Of a stretch of DNA of 64,000 bases, positions 29,117 to 39,036 are shown piece by piece (position 1 is the stretch's first letter; each line of letters begins with the position of its first letter). The position numbers were made by a program, and so were the translations under genes. This DNA comes from Candidatus Latescibacterota bacterium. Lineage in GTDB: Bacteria > Latescibacterota > UBA2968 > UBA8231. The notes below the pieces were generated by a model that saw only the letters and a list, made by a program, of their open reading frames with translations, ran no database searches and was not told where the DNA came from. Location of the stretch: contig OZ241362.1 of NCBI GenBank assembly GCA_965200315.1, positions 4,576,001 to 4,640,000 of the forward strand, written 5' to 3'.

Positions 29117-29923
29117 ATGGCAAAAATAGGCGCAATTCACTACAACTGGCCCGGCTGCGACTTAGAGGGCTTCGCTCGGCGGGCCAGCGAAATCGGCTAT
29201 CGGTACTGCGAGTTGCAGATCCGCGATATCTGGGATGGCGAGTCTAAAAACGGCGAGCAGACAGCCGAAGCCACACGCGAGTTATTGGCCAAATACGGAA
29301 TGCAAGCCTCGGCGGTAGCGGCTGGCAACGACTTCCTGCAAGCCGACCGCCGCGACTTGGACGCGCAAATCGAGCGCTACCGCTACGTCTGCCAGATCAT
29401 CCCCATAACCGGCACGGACATCGTGCGCTCGGACGGCGGCTGGAACCGCAACGACGTCGTCCCAGAAGACCAGTGGGACGCCATGATGTTAGAGGCCTTC
29501 AAGCGCTGCGCCGATTTTCTCGAAGAGTACGAAGTGCGAATCGCCCTCGACAATCACGGGGTTTCCACCAACGACGGCGACTGGCAGTTAAGCCTGATCG
29601 AGCGCGTTGGCTCGGGCCGACTCGGCGTCAACTTAGATACCATGAACTACCGCTGGTTCGGACACGAACTAGACCGAATCGACCACTTCTATGAAATACT
29701 GGCTCCGCACGTTTTTCATACCCACATAAAGGACGGAACCGGCTCGCGGCAAAACTACAAGGGGGCGGCCTTGGGCGAGGGAGAAATCCATCTCGACCAC
29801 GCGGTTAAGTGCCTCAAAGCGGCTGGCTACGACGGGGCTTGGACGGCTGAATACGAGGGGCCGGAGACCGAGGGGCAGGTGGGATACGAAAAGTGCTATC
29901 AGTGGCTGGTAGCGAACGTCTGA
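29117..29923 (+). CDS. Sugar phosphate isomerase/epimerase (xylose isomerase-like TIM barrel)
   Basis: LDNHG, NLDTMN, HTHIKD, GEGEI, AEYEG; AGGAG RBS. Confidence 0.88.
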   Translation: MAKIGAIHYNWPGCDLEGFARRASEIGYRYCELQIRDIWDGESKNGEQTAEATRELLAKYGMQASAVAAGNDFLQADRRDLDAQIERYRYVCQIIPITGTDIVRSDGGWNRNDVVPEDQWDAMMLEAFKRCADFLEEYEVRIALDNHGVSTNDGDWQLSLIERVGSGRLGVNLDTMNYRWFGHELDRIDHFYEILAPHVFHTHIKDGTGSRQNYKGAALGEGEIHLDHAVKCLKAAGYDGAWTAEYEGPETEGQVGYEKCYQWLVANV

Positions 29924-29973
29924 TCCTCGTTCTACACGAGGCCCGACTCATTGGCAGGATGGGTCCTTCAAAA

Positions 29974-30600
29974 TCATGTCGGTGATTCTCTTCCTGCCAA
30001 TTTTTGCCATGCGGTTCGCACCGCTCGATAGCTTTCCCGCGTATCCACATCCACGAAGATGCCCTCGTCTTCGACAGGTACTTCAATGACATTGGCTGCG
30101 TTTTTTGCCAAGACCGATCGCGCTCCCCGATCGCCAGTCAACGCGAGCAAGGCATTTCGATGAGTGCTGCCGATAGCTACCGGATGGCCGCGTCGCCCGT
30201 TGCTCACTGGCACGGCGATGGTCTCGCTGCTTTGCAACGCCTCGGCGACCTTTAGCATCGTCTCACTTGCCATCTGCGGCATATCCCCTAGCGCAAAGAG
30301 ATATCCTTGCTCGCCGACTGCCGCTTCCACACCCACTCTGATAGAGGCGGCCATTCCCTCGGCAAAATCGGGGTTGTGTACCAGCCGCACGGGATAGTGG
30401 CTCAACGCTTCCTCTACCTCTGCCCGCTGATACCCTGTCACTACGATTACCTCCCCCAAACCCACCTCGCATATTCGCTCTACCACAACTTGGAGGACGC
30501 ATTGCTGCTGCCAAGGCAGCAGCAACTTATTGGCACCCTCCATCCTAGAGGAACTTCCCGCCGCTAGTAAGATTCCGCTAAGGTTTGCGAATCTGGTCAT
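29974..30600 (-). CDS. mocA: Molybdenum cofactor cytidylyltransferase-like nucleotidyltransferase
   Basis: LAAGSSSRM..NKLLL, LGDMP, GHPV, GDRGA, DVDT; divergent from cox genes. Confidence 0.85.
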   Translation of the reverse strand: MTRFANLSGILLAAGSSSRMEGANKLLLPWQQQCVLQVVVERICEVGLGEVIVVTGYQRAEVEEALSHYPVRLVHNPDFAEGMAASIRVGVEAAVGEQGYLFALGDMPQMASETMLKVAEALQSSETIAVPVSNGRRGHPVAIGSTHRNALLALTGDRGARSVLAKNAANVIEVPVEDEGIFVDVDTRESYRAVRTAWQKLAGRESPT

Positions 30601-30635
30601 CTCAATCCGTTGCTCCGCCGCGTTGGCTTATTTGA

Positions 30636-30665
30636 TTGACAAAGACAGGCAAAATTTTTTAATAT
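30636..30665 (+). promoter_or_regulatory. Probable sigma70 promoter of the cox operon
   Basis: TTGACA (30636-41), 18-bp spacer, TAATAT (30660-65). Confidence 0.45.
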
Positions 30666-30712
30666 CCACCTCCGCGCCACTCGCTTCTGGCCTTTAACAA
30701 AAGCATCGGCCC

Positions 30713-31147
30713 ATGCAGCTTTCAGGCTCTCATACCTTTAGCGCTCCGCGGCAAGTCATGTGGGACTTGCTCAACGACCCCGAGGTCTTGGCGCGCATCA
30801 CCCCCGGCGTCGATACCTTGGAGCAGACCGGCCCCGGCCAGTACCAAGCCGTGCTGCACATCAAAATGGGGCCGATCAACAGTACCTTCAACGGTGCGCT
30901 CCAAGTCGTCGATAGCAAGGAGCCGGAAAGCTATCGCCTGCTCATCAATGTCGATGGCAAGATCGGCCAGATCGCGGCCGAGGGCCGCGTCCAGCTCGCC
31001 GAGCAAGGCGATGAGACCACGGTGGCCGTCGAAGGTGGCTCGCAGTTGACGGGCCGCTTGGCGAGCATGGGCCAGCGCCTGCTGTCGGGTGTGGCGCGGA
31101 TGTTTACCAATCAGTTTTTCAAGGCGCTGGAACGCGAGATACCTTAA
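30713..31147 (+). CDS. coxG: CoxG (SRPBCC) protein
   Basis: WDLLNDPEVLARITPG, GRLASMGQRLL...F. Confidence 0.88.
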   Translation: MQLSGSHTFSAPRQVMWDLLNDPEVLARITPGVDTLEQTGPGQYQAVLHIKMGPINSTFNGALQVVDSKEPESYRLLINVDGKIGQIAAEGRVQLAEQGDETTVAVEGGSQLTGRLASMGQRLLSGVARMFTNQFFKALEREIP

Positions 31148-31155
31148 TTCCATTA

Positions 31156-31227
31156 TCAGCGGTCAGTGGTCTATCTCTTCCCTGCCGACCCGAGAGACTG
31201 AACACTGGCCACTGGCCACTAACCACT
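31156..31227. repeat. Inverted arrangement of 7-nt tandem repeats
   Basis: TCAGCGG TCAGTGG on the left; ACTGAAC ACTGGCC ACTGGCC ACTAACC on the right. Confidence 0.55.
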
Positions 31228-31242
31228 CGAGAGGAGGCGACT

Positions 31243-31707
31243 ATGGCAGTAGCGATTAAGGTCACGGTCAACGGCCAGACCCACGAGCACGAGGTGGAGC
31301 CGCGCCAGATGCTCGTCAGCTATTTGCGCGAAGAGTTGGGGCTGACGGGTACGCACATCGGCTGCGACACCAGCAACTGCGGTGCCTGTACCGCTATCGT
31401 TGATGGCCAAGCCGTCAAGGTCTGCACCATGCTCGCGGCTCAAGCTGACGGCGCGGAGATAACGACCATCGAAGGGCTTGCGCCCAACGATGCACTGCAC
31501 CCGTTGCAGGAAGCCTTCCGCGAGACCCACGGCTTGCAGTGCGGTTTTTGCACGCCCGGCATGATTATGGCCGCTTGGCAGTTGCTAGAGCGCAACGCAA
31601 GCCCCAGCGACTCGGAGGTTCGCCACGCGCTCGAAGGCAACTTTTGCCGCTGCACGGGCTACGACAACATCATCAAGGCGGTCCAACGCGCCGCCGAGAG
31701 CGCCTAG
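31243..31707 (+). CDS. coxS: Molybdenum hydroxylase 2Fe-2S subunit
   Basis: [25 protein letters not shown]. Confidence 0.95.
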   Translation: MAVAIKVTVNGQTHEHEVEPRQMLVSYLREELGLTGTHIGCDTSNCGACTAIVDGQAVKVCTMLAAQADGAEITTIEGLAPNDALHPLQEAFRETHGLQCGFCTPGMIMAAWQLLERNASPSDSEVRHALEGNFCRCTGYDNIIKAVQRAAESA

Positions 31708-31716
31708 GAGGCCGCT

Positions 31717-34089
31717 ATGGGAGTCATAGGACAATCCGTCAAGCGCGTCGAAGACCAGCGCTTTATCACCGGCAAGGGCCGCTACACCGATGACATTGCC
31801 CTGCCCAACACGACTTTTGCGGCACTCGTGCGCAGCCCGCATGCCCACGCCGCGATCAAAGCGGTGGACACCGCAGAGGCCGCCTCGGCCCCTGGGGTGG
31901 TCGCCGTCTTTACGGGTGCCGACCTCGAAGCCGCGGGCGTCGGTGGCCTGCCTTGCGGCTGGCAGGTGGATTTCAAAAACGGCGACACCATGAAGGAGCC
32001 GGCCCATCCGGTGCTAGCTGCGGCTAAGGTACGCCACGTCGGCGACCCGGTCGCCATCGTCTTGGCCGACAGCCGCGAGCAAGCCGCTGACGCGGCCGAG
32101 TTGGTGGCCGTGGAGTACGAGGTTTTGGACGCGGTCGTCGCGGCAACCCAAGCGATAGAAGAGGGCGCGCCGCAGCTATTCGACGACGTGCCCAACAACA
32201 CGCCTTTCGACTGGGCACTCGGCGATCAAGCGGCGACGGATGCCGCCTTGGCCAGTGCCGCGCACGTCACCACCTTGGAGTTCGATAATCAACGGCTCAT
32301 CCCCAACGCGATTGAGCCGCGCTGCGCCATTGGCGATTACGACGGCGCACGCGACCACTACACGCTCTACACCTCGTCGCAGAACCCCCACGTCATTCGC
32401 CTGCTGCTGACGGCGTTTGTCCTGAATCTGCCCGAGCACAAGGTGCGCGTGGTGTCGCCGGATGTGGGCGGTGGTTTTGGCTCTAAAATTTTTCACTATG
32501 CCGAAGAAGTCCTCGTCACGTGGTGTTCGCGCCAGATTGGCCGCCCGGTCAAGTGGACCGCCAGCCGCAGCGAGGCTTTCCTCACCGACGCCCACGGCCG
32601 CGATCACCACACCAAGGTCGAGCTCGGGCTCGACGCCGACGGCCATTTCGTCGGCCTGCGGGTCCAAACCGTCGCCAACTTAGGCGCGTACCTATCGACC
32701 TTTGCACCCTGTGTGCCCACCTATCTCTACGGTACGCTCTTGCAGGGGCTGTACACGACCCCGGCGGTCCACGTCGATGTCACCGGCGTCTTCACCAACA
32801 CCACGCCAGTTGACGCCCTGCGCGGTGCGGGCCGCCCCGAGGCCACGTACGTCCTCGAGCGCACTATCGAGCAGGCCGCCTTGGAGACGGGCCGCGACCC
32901 AGCCGCGCTGCGGCGCCAAAACTTCATCCTGCCCTTTGACGGCGTCGAGCAGGAAGGCTATCAGACCCAAGTAGCCCTGCAATACGACAGCGGTAACTAC
33001 GGGGCCGTGCTCGAAAAAGCCCTCGCGGCTGCCGGCTACGACGAACTGCGCGCCGAGCAGGCCGAGGCCCGCGCCGCCGGCAACGGCCGCTATGTAGGCA
33101 TTGGCTTTTCGACGTACATCGAAGCCTGCGGCATTGCGCCCTCGGCTGTGGTTGGCGCATTGGGTGCGCGCGCTGGTCTGTTTGAGAGCGCGGGTGTCCG
33201 CGTCCAGCCCACCGGCAAGGTAACGGTCTTCACCGGCAGCCACTCGCACGGGCAGGGCCACGAGACGACGTTTGCCCAGGTGGTGGCCGACGGGTTGGGC
33301 GTGGCCATAGAAGATGTGGACATCATCCACGGCGACACCGAGTCCGTGCCCTTTGGCATGGGCACCTACGGCTCGCGCTCGCTGGCCGTGGGCGGCACAG
33401 CCATCGTCAAGAGCATGGACAAGATCAAGGAGAAGGGGGCCAAAATTGCGGCCCACTTGCTCGAAGCCGCCGAGGAGGACCTCGAATTCGCCGAGGGCAA
33501 TTGGACAGTCAAGGGCACCGACCAGTCGATCTCCTTTGGCGAGGTCTCGCTGGCCGCGTACGTGCCGCACAATTTTCCCGAGGGGCTGGAGCCGGGGCTG
33601 GAGTTTACCAGCTTCTACGACCCGGCCAATTTTACCTTTCCCTTCGGTGCCCACATAGCGGTCGTGGAGGTAGATGCCGAGACCGGCGTAGTCGCGGTGC
33701 GGCGCTACGTCGCCGTCGACGACGTGGGCAATATCGTCAATCCCATGATCGTCGAAGGCCAAGTCCACGGCGGCATTACGCACGGCATTGGCCAAGCCCT
33801 GTTTGAGGAGGCTGTGTACGACGACAGCGGCCAGCTCATTTCTGGCTCGTATATGGACTACGTCCTGCCGCGCGCCGACGACCTGCCTTCCTTTGAAACC
33901 GACCACACTGTCACGCCCTGCCCGCACAATCCCCTCGGCGTCAAGGGTGCTGGCGAGACCGGCACGATTGGCTCGACGCCAGCTATTGTCAACGCCGTGC
34001 TCGACGCCCTGTGGCCTGTGGGCGTGCGCGACCTGACGATGCCGCTGACGCCGCAGAAGGTGTGGCAGGCCATCCAGCAAGTTAGCTAA
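31717..34089 (+). CDS. coxL: Molybdenum hydroxylase large subunit, form II CoxL-like
   Basis: GGGFGSK, DALRGAGRPEA, GQGHET, GTYGSRS, KGAGE; S-L-M gene order. Confidence 0.92.
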   Translation: MGVIGQSVKRVEDQRFITGKGRYTDDIALPNTTFAALVRSPHAHAAIKAVDTAEAASAPGVVAVFTGADLEAAGVGGLPCGWQVDFKNGDTMKEPAHPVLAAAKVRHVGDPVAIVLADSREQAADAAELVAVEYEVLDAVVAATQAIEEGAPQLFDDVPNNTPFDWALGDQAATDAALASAAHVTTLEFDNQRLIPNAIEPRCAIGDYDGARDHYTLYTSSQNPHVIRLLLTAFVLNLPEHKVRVVSPDVGGGFGSKIFHYAEEVLVTWCSRQIGRPVKWTASRSEAFLTDAHGRDHHTKVELGLDADGHFVGLRVQTVANLGAYLSTFAPCVPTYLYGTLLQGLYTTPAVHVDVTGVFTNTTPVDALRGAGRPEATYVLERTIEQAALETGRDPAALRRQNFILPFDGVEQEGYQTQVALQYDSGNYGAVLEKALAAAGYDELRAEQAEARAAGNGRYVGIGFSTYIEACGIAPSAVVGALGARAGLFESAGVRVQPTGKVTVFTGSHSHGQGHETTFAQVVADGLGVAIEDVDIIHGDTESVPFGMGTYGSRSLAVGGTAIVKSMDKIKEKGAKIAAHLLEAAEEDLEFAEGNWTVKGTDQSISFGEVSLAAYVPHNFPEGLEPGLEFTSFYDPANFTFPFGAHIAVVEVDAETGVVAVRRYVAVDDVGNIVNPMIVEGQVHGGITHGIGQALFEEAVYDDSGQLISGSYMDYVLPRADDLPSFETDHTVTPCPHNPLGVKGAGETGTIGSTPAIVNAVLDALWPVGVRDLTMPLTPQKVWQAIQQVS

Positions 34090-34102
34090 GGAGAAGACGA
34101 CC

Positions 34103-34918
34103 ATGATACCTGTCGCGTTTGACTATCATCGTCCCTCTTCAGTAGATGAGGCGATTGAGCTCCTCGCGGACGACGCCAAGCTCTTAGCTGGCGGCCACAG
34201 CCTGTTGCCGGCCATGAAGCTGCGCCTGTCGGAACCGGGTGCGCTGATCGACATTGGTCGGATCGCCGAGCTCAACTACATCAGAGAGGATGGCGGCACC
34301 AGCGCTATTGGTGCGACCACTACCCACCACCAGATCGAGTCCTCGGATTTGGTCGGTGCCAACGCCTCGGCCTTGGCCCAAGCTGCCTCAGTCATCGGCG
34401 ATCCCCAAGTGCGCAACAAGGGCACCATTGGCGGCTCGCTGGCCCACGCCGATCCGGCGGCCGACTACCCGGCCGCGATTTTGGCGCTGGGGGCTGAGAT
34501 CGTCGTCAGGGGACCCGACGGCGGGCGTTCGATCCCGGCTGACGAGTTTTTCGTCGATCTATTTTTGACCGCGCTCGCGCCGGACGAGATCATCACCGAG
34601 GTGCGCGTTCCGGCTGCTGATAGGTCGGCGTATGTCAAGTTTCCGCATCCGGCCTCGCGCTTTGCCGTGGTGGGCTGCGCTGCTGCCTCGGCCGGAGGTG
34701 CAGTCAAGGTCGCCTTTACGGGCGTGGCCAATGCGGCCTTCCGCGATAGTGGAGTTGAAGAAGCCCTCAGCGGCGGTTTGAGCGAGGAGTCCATCGCCGC
34801 TGCCGCTGCGCGGGCGACCGATGGACAGGAGGTGCTCGCCGACCACTTTGCTGGCGAAGAGTACCGCCGCCACTTGGCCAAGGTCTTCGCCCGCAAGGCA
34901 CTTGCGGCCATCGCCTGA
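34103..34918 (+). CDS. coxM: Molybdenum hydroxylase FAD subunit
   Basis: LAGGHSLLPAMKLR, QVRNKGTIGGSLAHADPAAD. Confidence 0.93.
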   Translation: MIPVAFDYHRPSSVDEAIELLADDAKLLAGGHSLLPAMKLRLSEPGALIDIGRIAELNYIREDGGTSAIGATTTHHQIESSDLVGANASALAQAASVIGDPQVRNKGTIGGSLAHADPAADYPAAILALGAEIVVRGPDGGRSIPADEFFVDLFLTALAPDEIITEVRVPAADRSAYVKFPHPASRFAVVGCAAASAGGAVKVAFTGVANAAFRDSGVEEALSGGLSEESIAAAAARATDGQEVLADHFAGEEYRRHLAKVFARKALAAIA

Positions 34919-34938
34919 GTGCCGTCGCATTTAACAGT

Positions 34939-34975
34939 AATAGCCCCCGGTGCTCAACCTGCATCGGGGGCTATT
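34939..34975 (+). terminator. Stem-loop (likely intrinsic terminator) after coxM
   Basis: AATAGCCCCCGGTGC...GCATCGGGGGCTATT followed by T. Confidence 0.7.
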
Positions 34976-35058
34976 TCTAGGTAGTGAGTCGCTCAGCAAC
35001 GACTAGATTTCAAAGGAGCCCACTACCGGCATTATTTGTCTTAGAGCCTATACGAAAA

Positions 35059-35800
35059 TCACGTCAACCGTCCGACGATACGAAAAATGATAAGCACCGA
35101 CTCTCCCTTTGTATATGGGGGATGCGACCCATACCCCGCCGGCTTTAGTAGGCTATAGAAGCCCTCAAGGGTATGGGTGTGTAAAATCGGGTCATCTGAA
35201 TCAAGGTATCCCTCACCGGGATGGACGACCCGATGGGGCATCATGGGATAGGCTTTGTAGGCATCGGTGATTAGTGTGAATTCCTCCCCCTCAACAGGCT
35301 GCTCAATAAAGCCCAAGACGGTCGCGCCTTTGGTATCGTCGGTTACATCAGCCCTAATTTTTCACCTGCTCGCTGACCTACTCCAACCACCCGATCCGCG
35401 CCCACGCTTGTTGTTCTTATTCTGGTAGTGCGGCTTGCCACTAGGGTAGGTTTCATCGGCTTTGAGGATGCCTTGCAATAGTTCGGCATCCGCTGCGGCC
35501 TTGGCCGCACGAAGGCGCTGCATATACCACGCCGTCTGTTGAGTCAATTCTAAGGTCACGAGCCAGTTGATAACTCGACAAACTCTTTTTAGCATTAGCC
35601 ATCAACCCTAGTGCCAGAAACCACTTCTGCAAAGGAACCCGGGTCCCTTGAAAGGACGTTAAAACTCGATGTGCAATGATGGCAATTCCAGCGGCCTACC
35701 TTCTGACCTTCGGCCTTGCGGGCTACTCGGTCGCTTTGACACAAGGGACAAAGGGCTTGCGTCGGCCAACGGATAGCCTCCAACGAGCGATGCAAGAGGC
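35059..35800 (-). mobile_element. Decayed IS1595-family transposase, relative of 20485..21357
   Basis: CPLCQSDRVARKAE..VGRWNCHHC..SFNVLS, KADETY, HTHTLEGFYSLLK spread over several frames. Confidence 0.88.
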
Positions 35801-35982
35801 TTGATCCGGGAATTGAGTAACCCAGCCGCCGCCCCGGGCGAATCGTTGACTTGTTGCGGGTGGATGCCAAGTGCTTAGCCCGAAGGAATTCCTGTAGATG
35901 TACTTTTCGCCTCCAGCGGCATGAGGCGCGTGGAATTGAACGAAGAAAGACGCAGATCAAACGATTCGTTGGAGTACTCCCC

Positions 35983-37197
35983 ATGCCCGCACTCGACGGC
36001 ATCCGCGTCCTCGACTTTACCCAAGTGATTTTCGGCCCAGCCGCCACCCAAGTTTTGGCCGATCACGGTGCCGAAGTCATCAAGATAGAGCGACCAGGCG
36101 GCGACCTAGCCCGCGCCTTTGGGCCGTGGGTAAAGGAGCAAAGCCTGCCTTTTGCCAGCTTCAACCGCTCCAAGAAAAGCCTAATCGTCGATCTCAAGAA
36201 GTCCGCTGGGCGTCAGATCGTCCAGCGCCTGCTAAAAAACGCGGACGTGCTGGTACACAACTTTCGCTCCGGTGCCGTCATGGCCAAACTGGGGCTGGAT
36301 TACGCGGCGCTGCGGGAGCCATATCCTCGGCTCATCTACGCCGTTGGCTCGGGCTATGGCTCGCAAGGCCCGTACAGCGAGCGCAACAAGGGCGGCCACG
36401 AGTCCATGGCCCAAGCGCTGAGCGGCGTGGCGGCGCGCTTCGTCGGCCCCCACGGTACGCCCCAGCGCCTGCCCTATACGGTCGCCGACTTCAACGGCGG
36501 CATGTTGCTGGCGCAGGGCATTCTCCTCGCGCTGTTGGCCCGCGAGCGCACCGGCACCGGGCAATACGTGGAAACCTCGCTTCTCGACGGCATGATGAGT
36601 ATGCAGGCTTGGGCGACGACCAAAATTCTCAACTTGGGCGACGACGGGGAAGACGATGGCTCGGGCGGGGCGACGCATCCGCGCGGCAACCCGCTCGACG
36701 GAGCCGTGTTCAAGACGGCCGATGGCTTCTTGATGGTCACCGCGCTTTTCCGTCCCTTTGACCAACTATTGAGCGATTTGCAGGAAGCCCTAGCGATTGA
36801 AGGGCTGGTCGGGGATCCGCGCTTTGCCACGCTCGCCGCGGCCGTAGATAACCGCGAGGCCCTGCGAGAACGGATCGCGCCGATCTTCGCAGAGAAAACG
36901 AATGCCGAGTGGATTCCACTGCTAGAGGCCAAGGACATCCTCGTCGCACCGGTGCGCTCGACAGCCGCGGCTCTAGCAGACCCGCAGCTCGCAGTCAACG
37001 AGCTGCTCGTCGAAGTCCAACATCCGCAGGTGGGTGCCATGCGCCACGTCGGCACGCCCCTGCGACTAGCCGGGACGCCAGCTCCAACACCGGCACCCGC
37101 CCCCCTAGCCGGGGAACACACCGAGGCTGTGCTGCGCGAGGCTGGGTACGCGGACGACGAGATCGCCGCGTTGCGCGCACAGGACGTCATTCTCTGA
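35983..37197 (+). CDS. Family III CoA-transferase (CaiB/BaiF)
   Basis: LDGIRVLDF, GAEVIKIE, NRSKKS, VHNFR, catalytic D in TVADFNGG, LAGEHT. Confidence 0.93.
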   Translation: MPALDGIRVLDFTQVIFGPAATQVLADHGAEVIKIERPGGDLARAFGPWVKEQSLPFASFNRSKKSLIVDLKKSAGRQIVQRLLKNADVLVHNFRSGAVMAKLGLDYAALREPYPRLIYAVGSGYGSQGPYSERNKGGHESMAQALSGVAARFVGPHGTPQRLPYTVADFNGGMLLAQGILLALLARERTGTGQYVETSLLDGMMSMQAWATTKILNLGDDGEDDGSGGATHPRGNPLDGAVFKTADGFLMVTALFRPFDQLLSDLQEALAIEGLVGDPRFATLAAAVDNREALRERIAPIFAEKTNAEWIPLLEAKDILVAPVRSTAAALADPQLAVNELLVEVQHPQVGAMRHVGTPLRLAGTPAPTPAPAPLAGEHTEAVLREAGYADDEIAALRAQDVIL

Positions 37198-37213
37198 TTG
37201 TACAGGAGTCCTC

Positions 37214-38197
37214 ATGCCTGATATTGTGCGCTATGGAGTTTTGAGTACCGCCCAGATCGCCCTCAACCGTCACCTGCCGGCCGCGCAGGCCATAGGCACT
37301 GCCGAGATCGCGGCCATATCGAGTAGGGACCAAGCCAAGGCCGAAGCAAGTGCGGCCCAATACGGCATTGCCAAGGCGTATGGCTCGTACCAAGCCGTGT
37401 TGGACGATCCCGACATCGACGCGATCATCAACCCCTTGCCCAATAGCATGCACTGCGAGTGGACGGTCAAGGCGGCACAGGCGGGTAAGCACATCCTCTG
37501 CGAAAAGCCGCTCGCCGTGACCGTGGCACAGGCGCGGCAGATGATCGACGCAGCCCGAGCCAACGGGGTGCTCTTAGTCGAGGCCTTCACCCACCGCCTC
37601 AACCCGCAATTGCAGTGCGCCCGCCGACTGGTGCAGCAAGGAGAGATCGGCGAAGTGAAATTAGCGCGGGCCGAGCTGACCTTCGGCATCCGCGATTGGG
37701 CCACTGACGTCCGGGCCAATCGCGAATTGGGCGGGGGTGCCCTCTTGGACGCCGGGTGCTACTGCGTCAGTGCCGTGCGCTTTGTGCTCAATGCCGAGCC
37801 GGTGGTCGCGCAGGCTTTTCAGCACGTGCGCAGCGGCGTGGATGCGACCTTGGCCGGGCTATTGCGCTTCCTTGGCGACCACGTCGCCTATATCGCGGCT
37901 GGCATGGAAGAACCGTTCCGCTGCGTGTTGGAGGTCGTCGGTAGCCACGGCGCGATCCGCGTACCCAACATGTTTGACGAGCAGGCCGCGGTCCATATCG
38001 CCATCGGCAACGACGAGCGCGTAGAGCCCTTCTCCGGGCCGGATCGCTTTCAGGTGCAGCTAGAGCGCTTCTCTAGCTGCATTCTCCAAGGCAGAGCTCC
38101 CGAATTCCCCCCCGCAGACGGCCTCAAGAACGTGGCCGCGCTACAGGCGTTGAAGCAGGCCGCCGAATCCGGGAGCCTAGTCGAAGTTCCGTCTTGA
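37214..38197 (+). CDS. Gfo/Idh/MocA oxidoreductase
   Basis: GVLSTAQIA, HILCEKP, GGGALLDAGCY. Confidence 0.92.
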   Translation: MPDIVRYGVLSTAQIALNRHLPAAQAIGTAEIAAISSRDQAKAEASAAQYGIAKAYGSYQAVLDDPDIDAIINPLPNSMHCEWTVKAAQAGKHILCEKPLAVTVAQARQMIDAARANGVLLVEAFTHRLNPQLQCARRLVQQGEIGEVKLARAELTFGIRDWATDVRANRELGGGALLDAGCYCVSAVRFVLNAEPVVAQAFQHVRSGVDATLAGLLRFLGDHVAYIAAGMEEPFRCVLEVVGSHGAIRVPNMFDEQAAVHIAIGNDERVEPFSGPDRFQVQLERFSSCILQGRAPEFPPADGLKNVAALQALKQAAESGSLVEVPS

Positions 38198-38200
38198 GCC

Positions 38201-38995
38201 ATGGCCGACTACGAGTTCATCTGCTATGAACAGCGCGACCACGTCGCCAAGGTCACCCTCAACCGCCCCGAGGTTCTCAACGCCATACACCCGCCCATGG
38301 CCGAAGAACTGGCCGACGCCTGGGAGCGGATCCGCGACGATGACAGCGTCTGGGGCGGGGTTTTGACCGGCAGCGGCGCACGGGCGTTCTGCGCTGGCGC
38401 AGACCTGAAGTGGCGAGCTGAAGCAGGTGAGGAAGCGCGCAGCCACAACCGCGCCGAGGCCAGTGGGGCCGCGCGGGGTTTCCAGCGGGGCCGCGACTGC
38501 TATAAGCCGCTGTTGGCCGTGGTCAATGGCTATGCAGTGGGCGGCGGGTTGGAGCTGGTCTTAGGGTGCGATTTGGTGGTGGCGGCCGCACACGCGCAAT
38601 TGGGGTTGCCCGAGGCGCGGCGCGGGTTGCTGGCCGACGCCGGGGGCATCCACAAGCTGGTTCGGCGGCTGCCGTGGAGCGCTGCCATGCAACTCATCCT
38701 GACTGGAGAACTCATCTCGGCGGAGGAAGCGCGGCGGATTGGGTTGGTCAACCAAGTGGTGCCAGCCGAGGGCCTGCAAGCGGCCGCAGAGCAGTGGGTG
38801 GAGGCGATTTTGGCGTGTGCGCCGCTGGCCTTGCAGGCGGGGAAAGAGGCGGCTATGCGGGGGTTGGAACTGCCTTTGTGGGAGGCGGTCAATACGCGCT
38901 TTCCGCTGGCCGAGCGCATGTATGAGTCAGAGGACTTTATCGAAGGACCAAAGGCATTCGCCGAGAAGCGGAAGCCGGTGTGGAAGGGAAAGTAG
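38201..38995 (+). CDS. Enoyl-CoA hydratase/crotonase (CaiD-like)
   Basis: LNRPEVLNA, AFCAGADLK, AVGGGLE, GLPE, AFAEKRKPVWKG. Confidence 0.93.
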   Translation: MADYEFICYEQRDHVAKVTLNRPEVLNAIHPPMAEELADAWERIRDDDSVWGGVLTGSGARAFCAGADLKWRAEAGEEARSHNRAEASGAARGFQRGRDCYKPLLAVVNGYAVGGGLELVLGCDLVVAAAHAQLGLPEARRGLLADAGGIHKLVRRLPWSAAMQLILTGELISAEEARRIGLVNQVVPAEGLQAAAEQWVEAILACAPLALQAGKEAAMRGLELPLWEAVNTRFPLAERMYESEDFIEGPKAFAEKRKPVWKGK

Positions 38996-39036
38996 GAAAG
39001 GATCCGCGCAAACTTCAACGACGAGAAAGCACTGCT

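Noticed and set aside
31717-34089. Bona fide (form I) aerobic CO dehydrogenase
   Set aside because: Lacks the AYxCSFR Cu-binding motif and has S-L-M order.
32692-34104. 470-aa antisense ORF and similar long shadow ORFs across the window
   Set aside because: Antisense to well-supported genes; expected from high-GC codon bias; no recognisable motifs.
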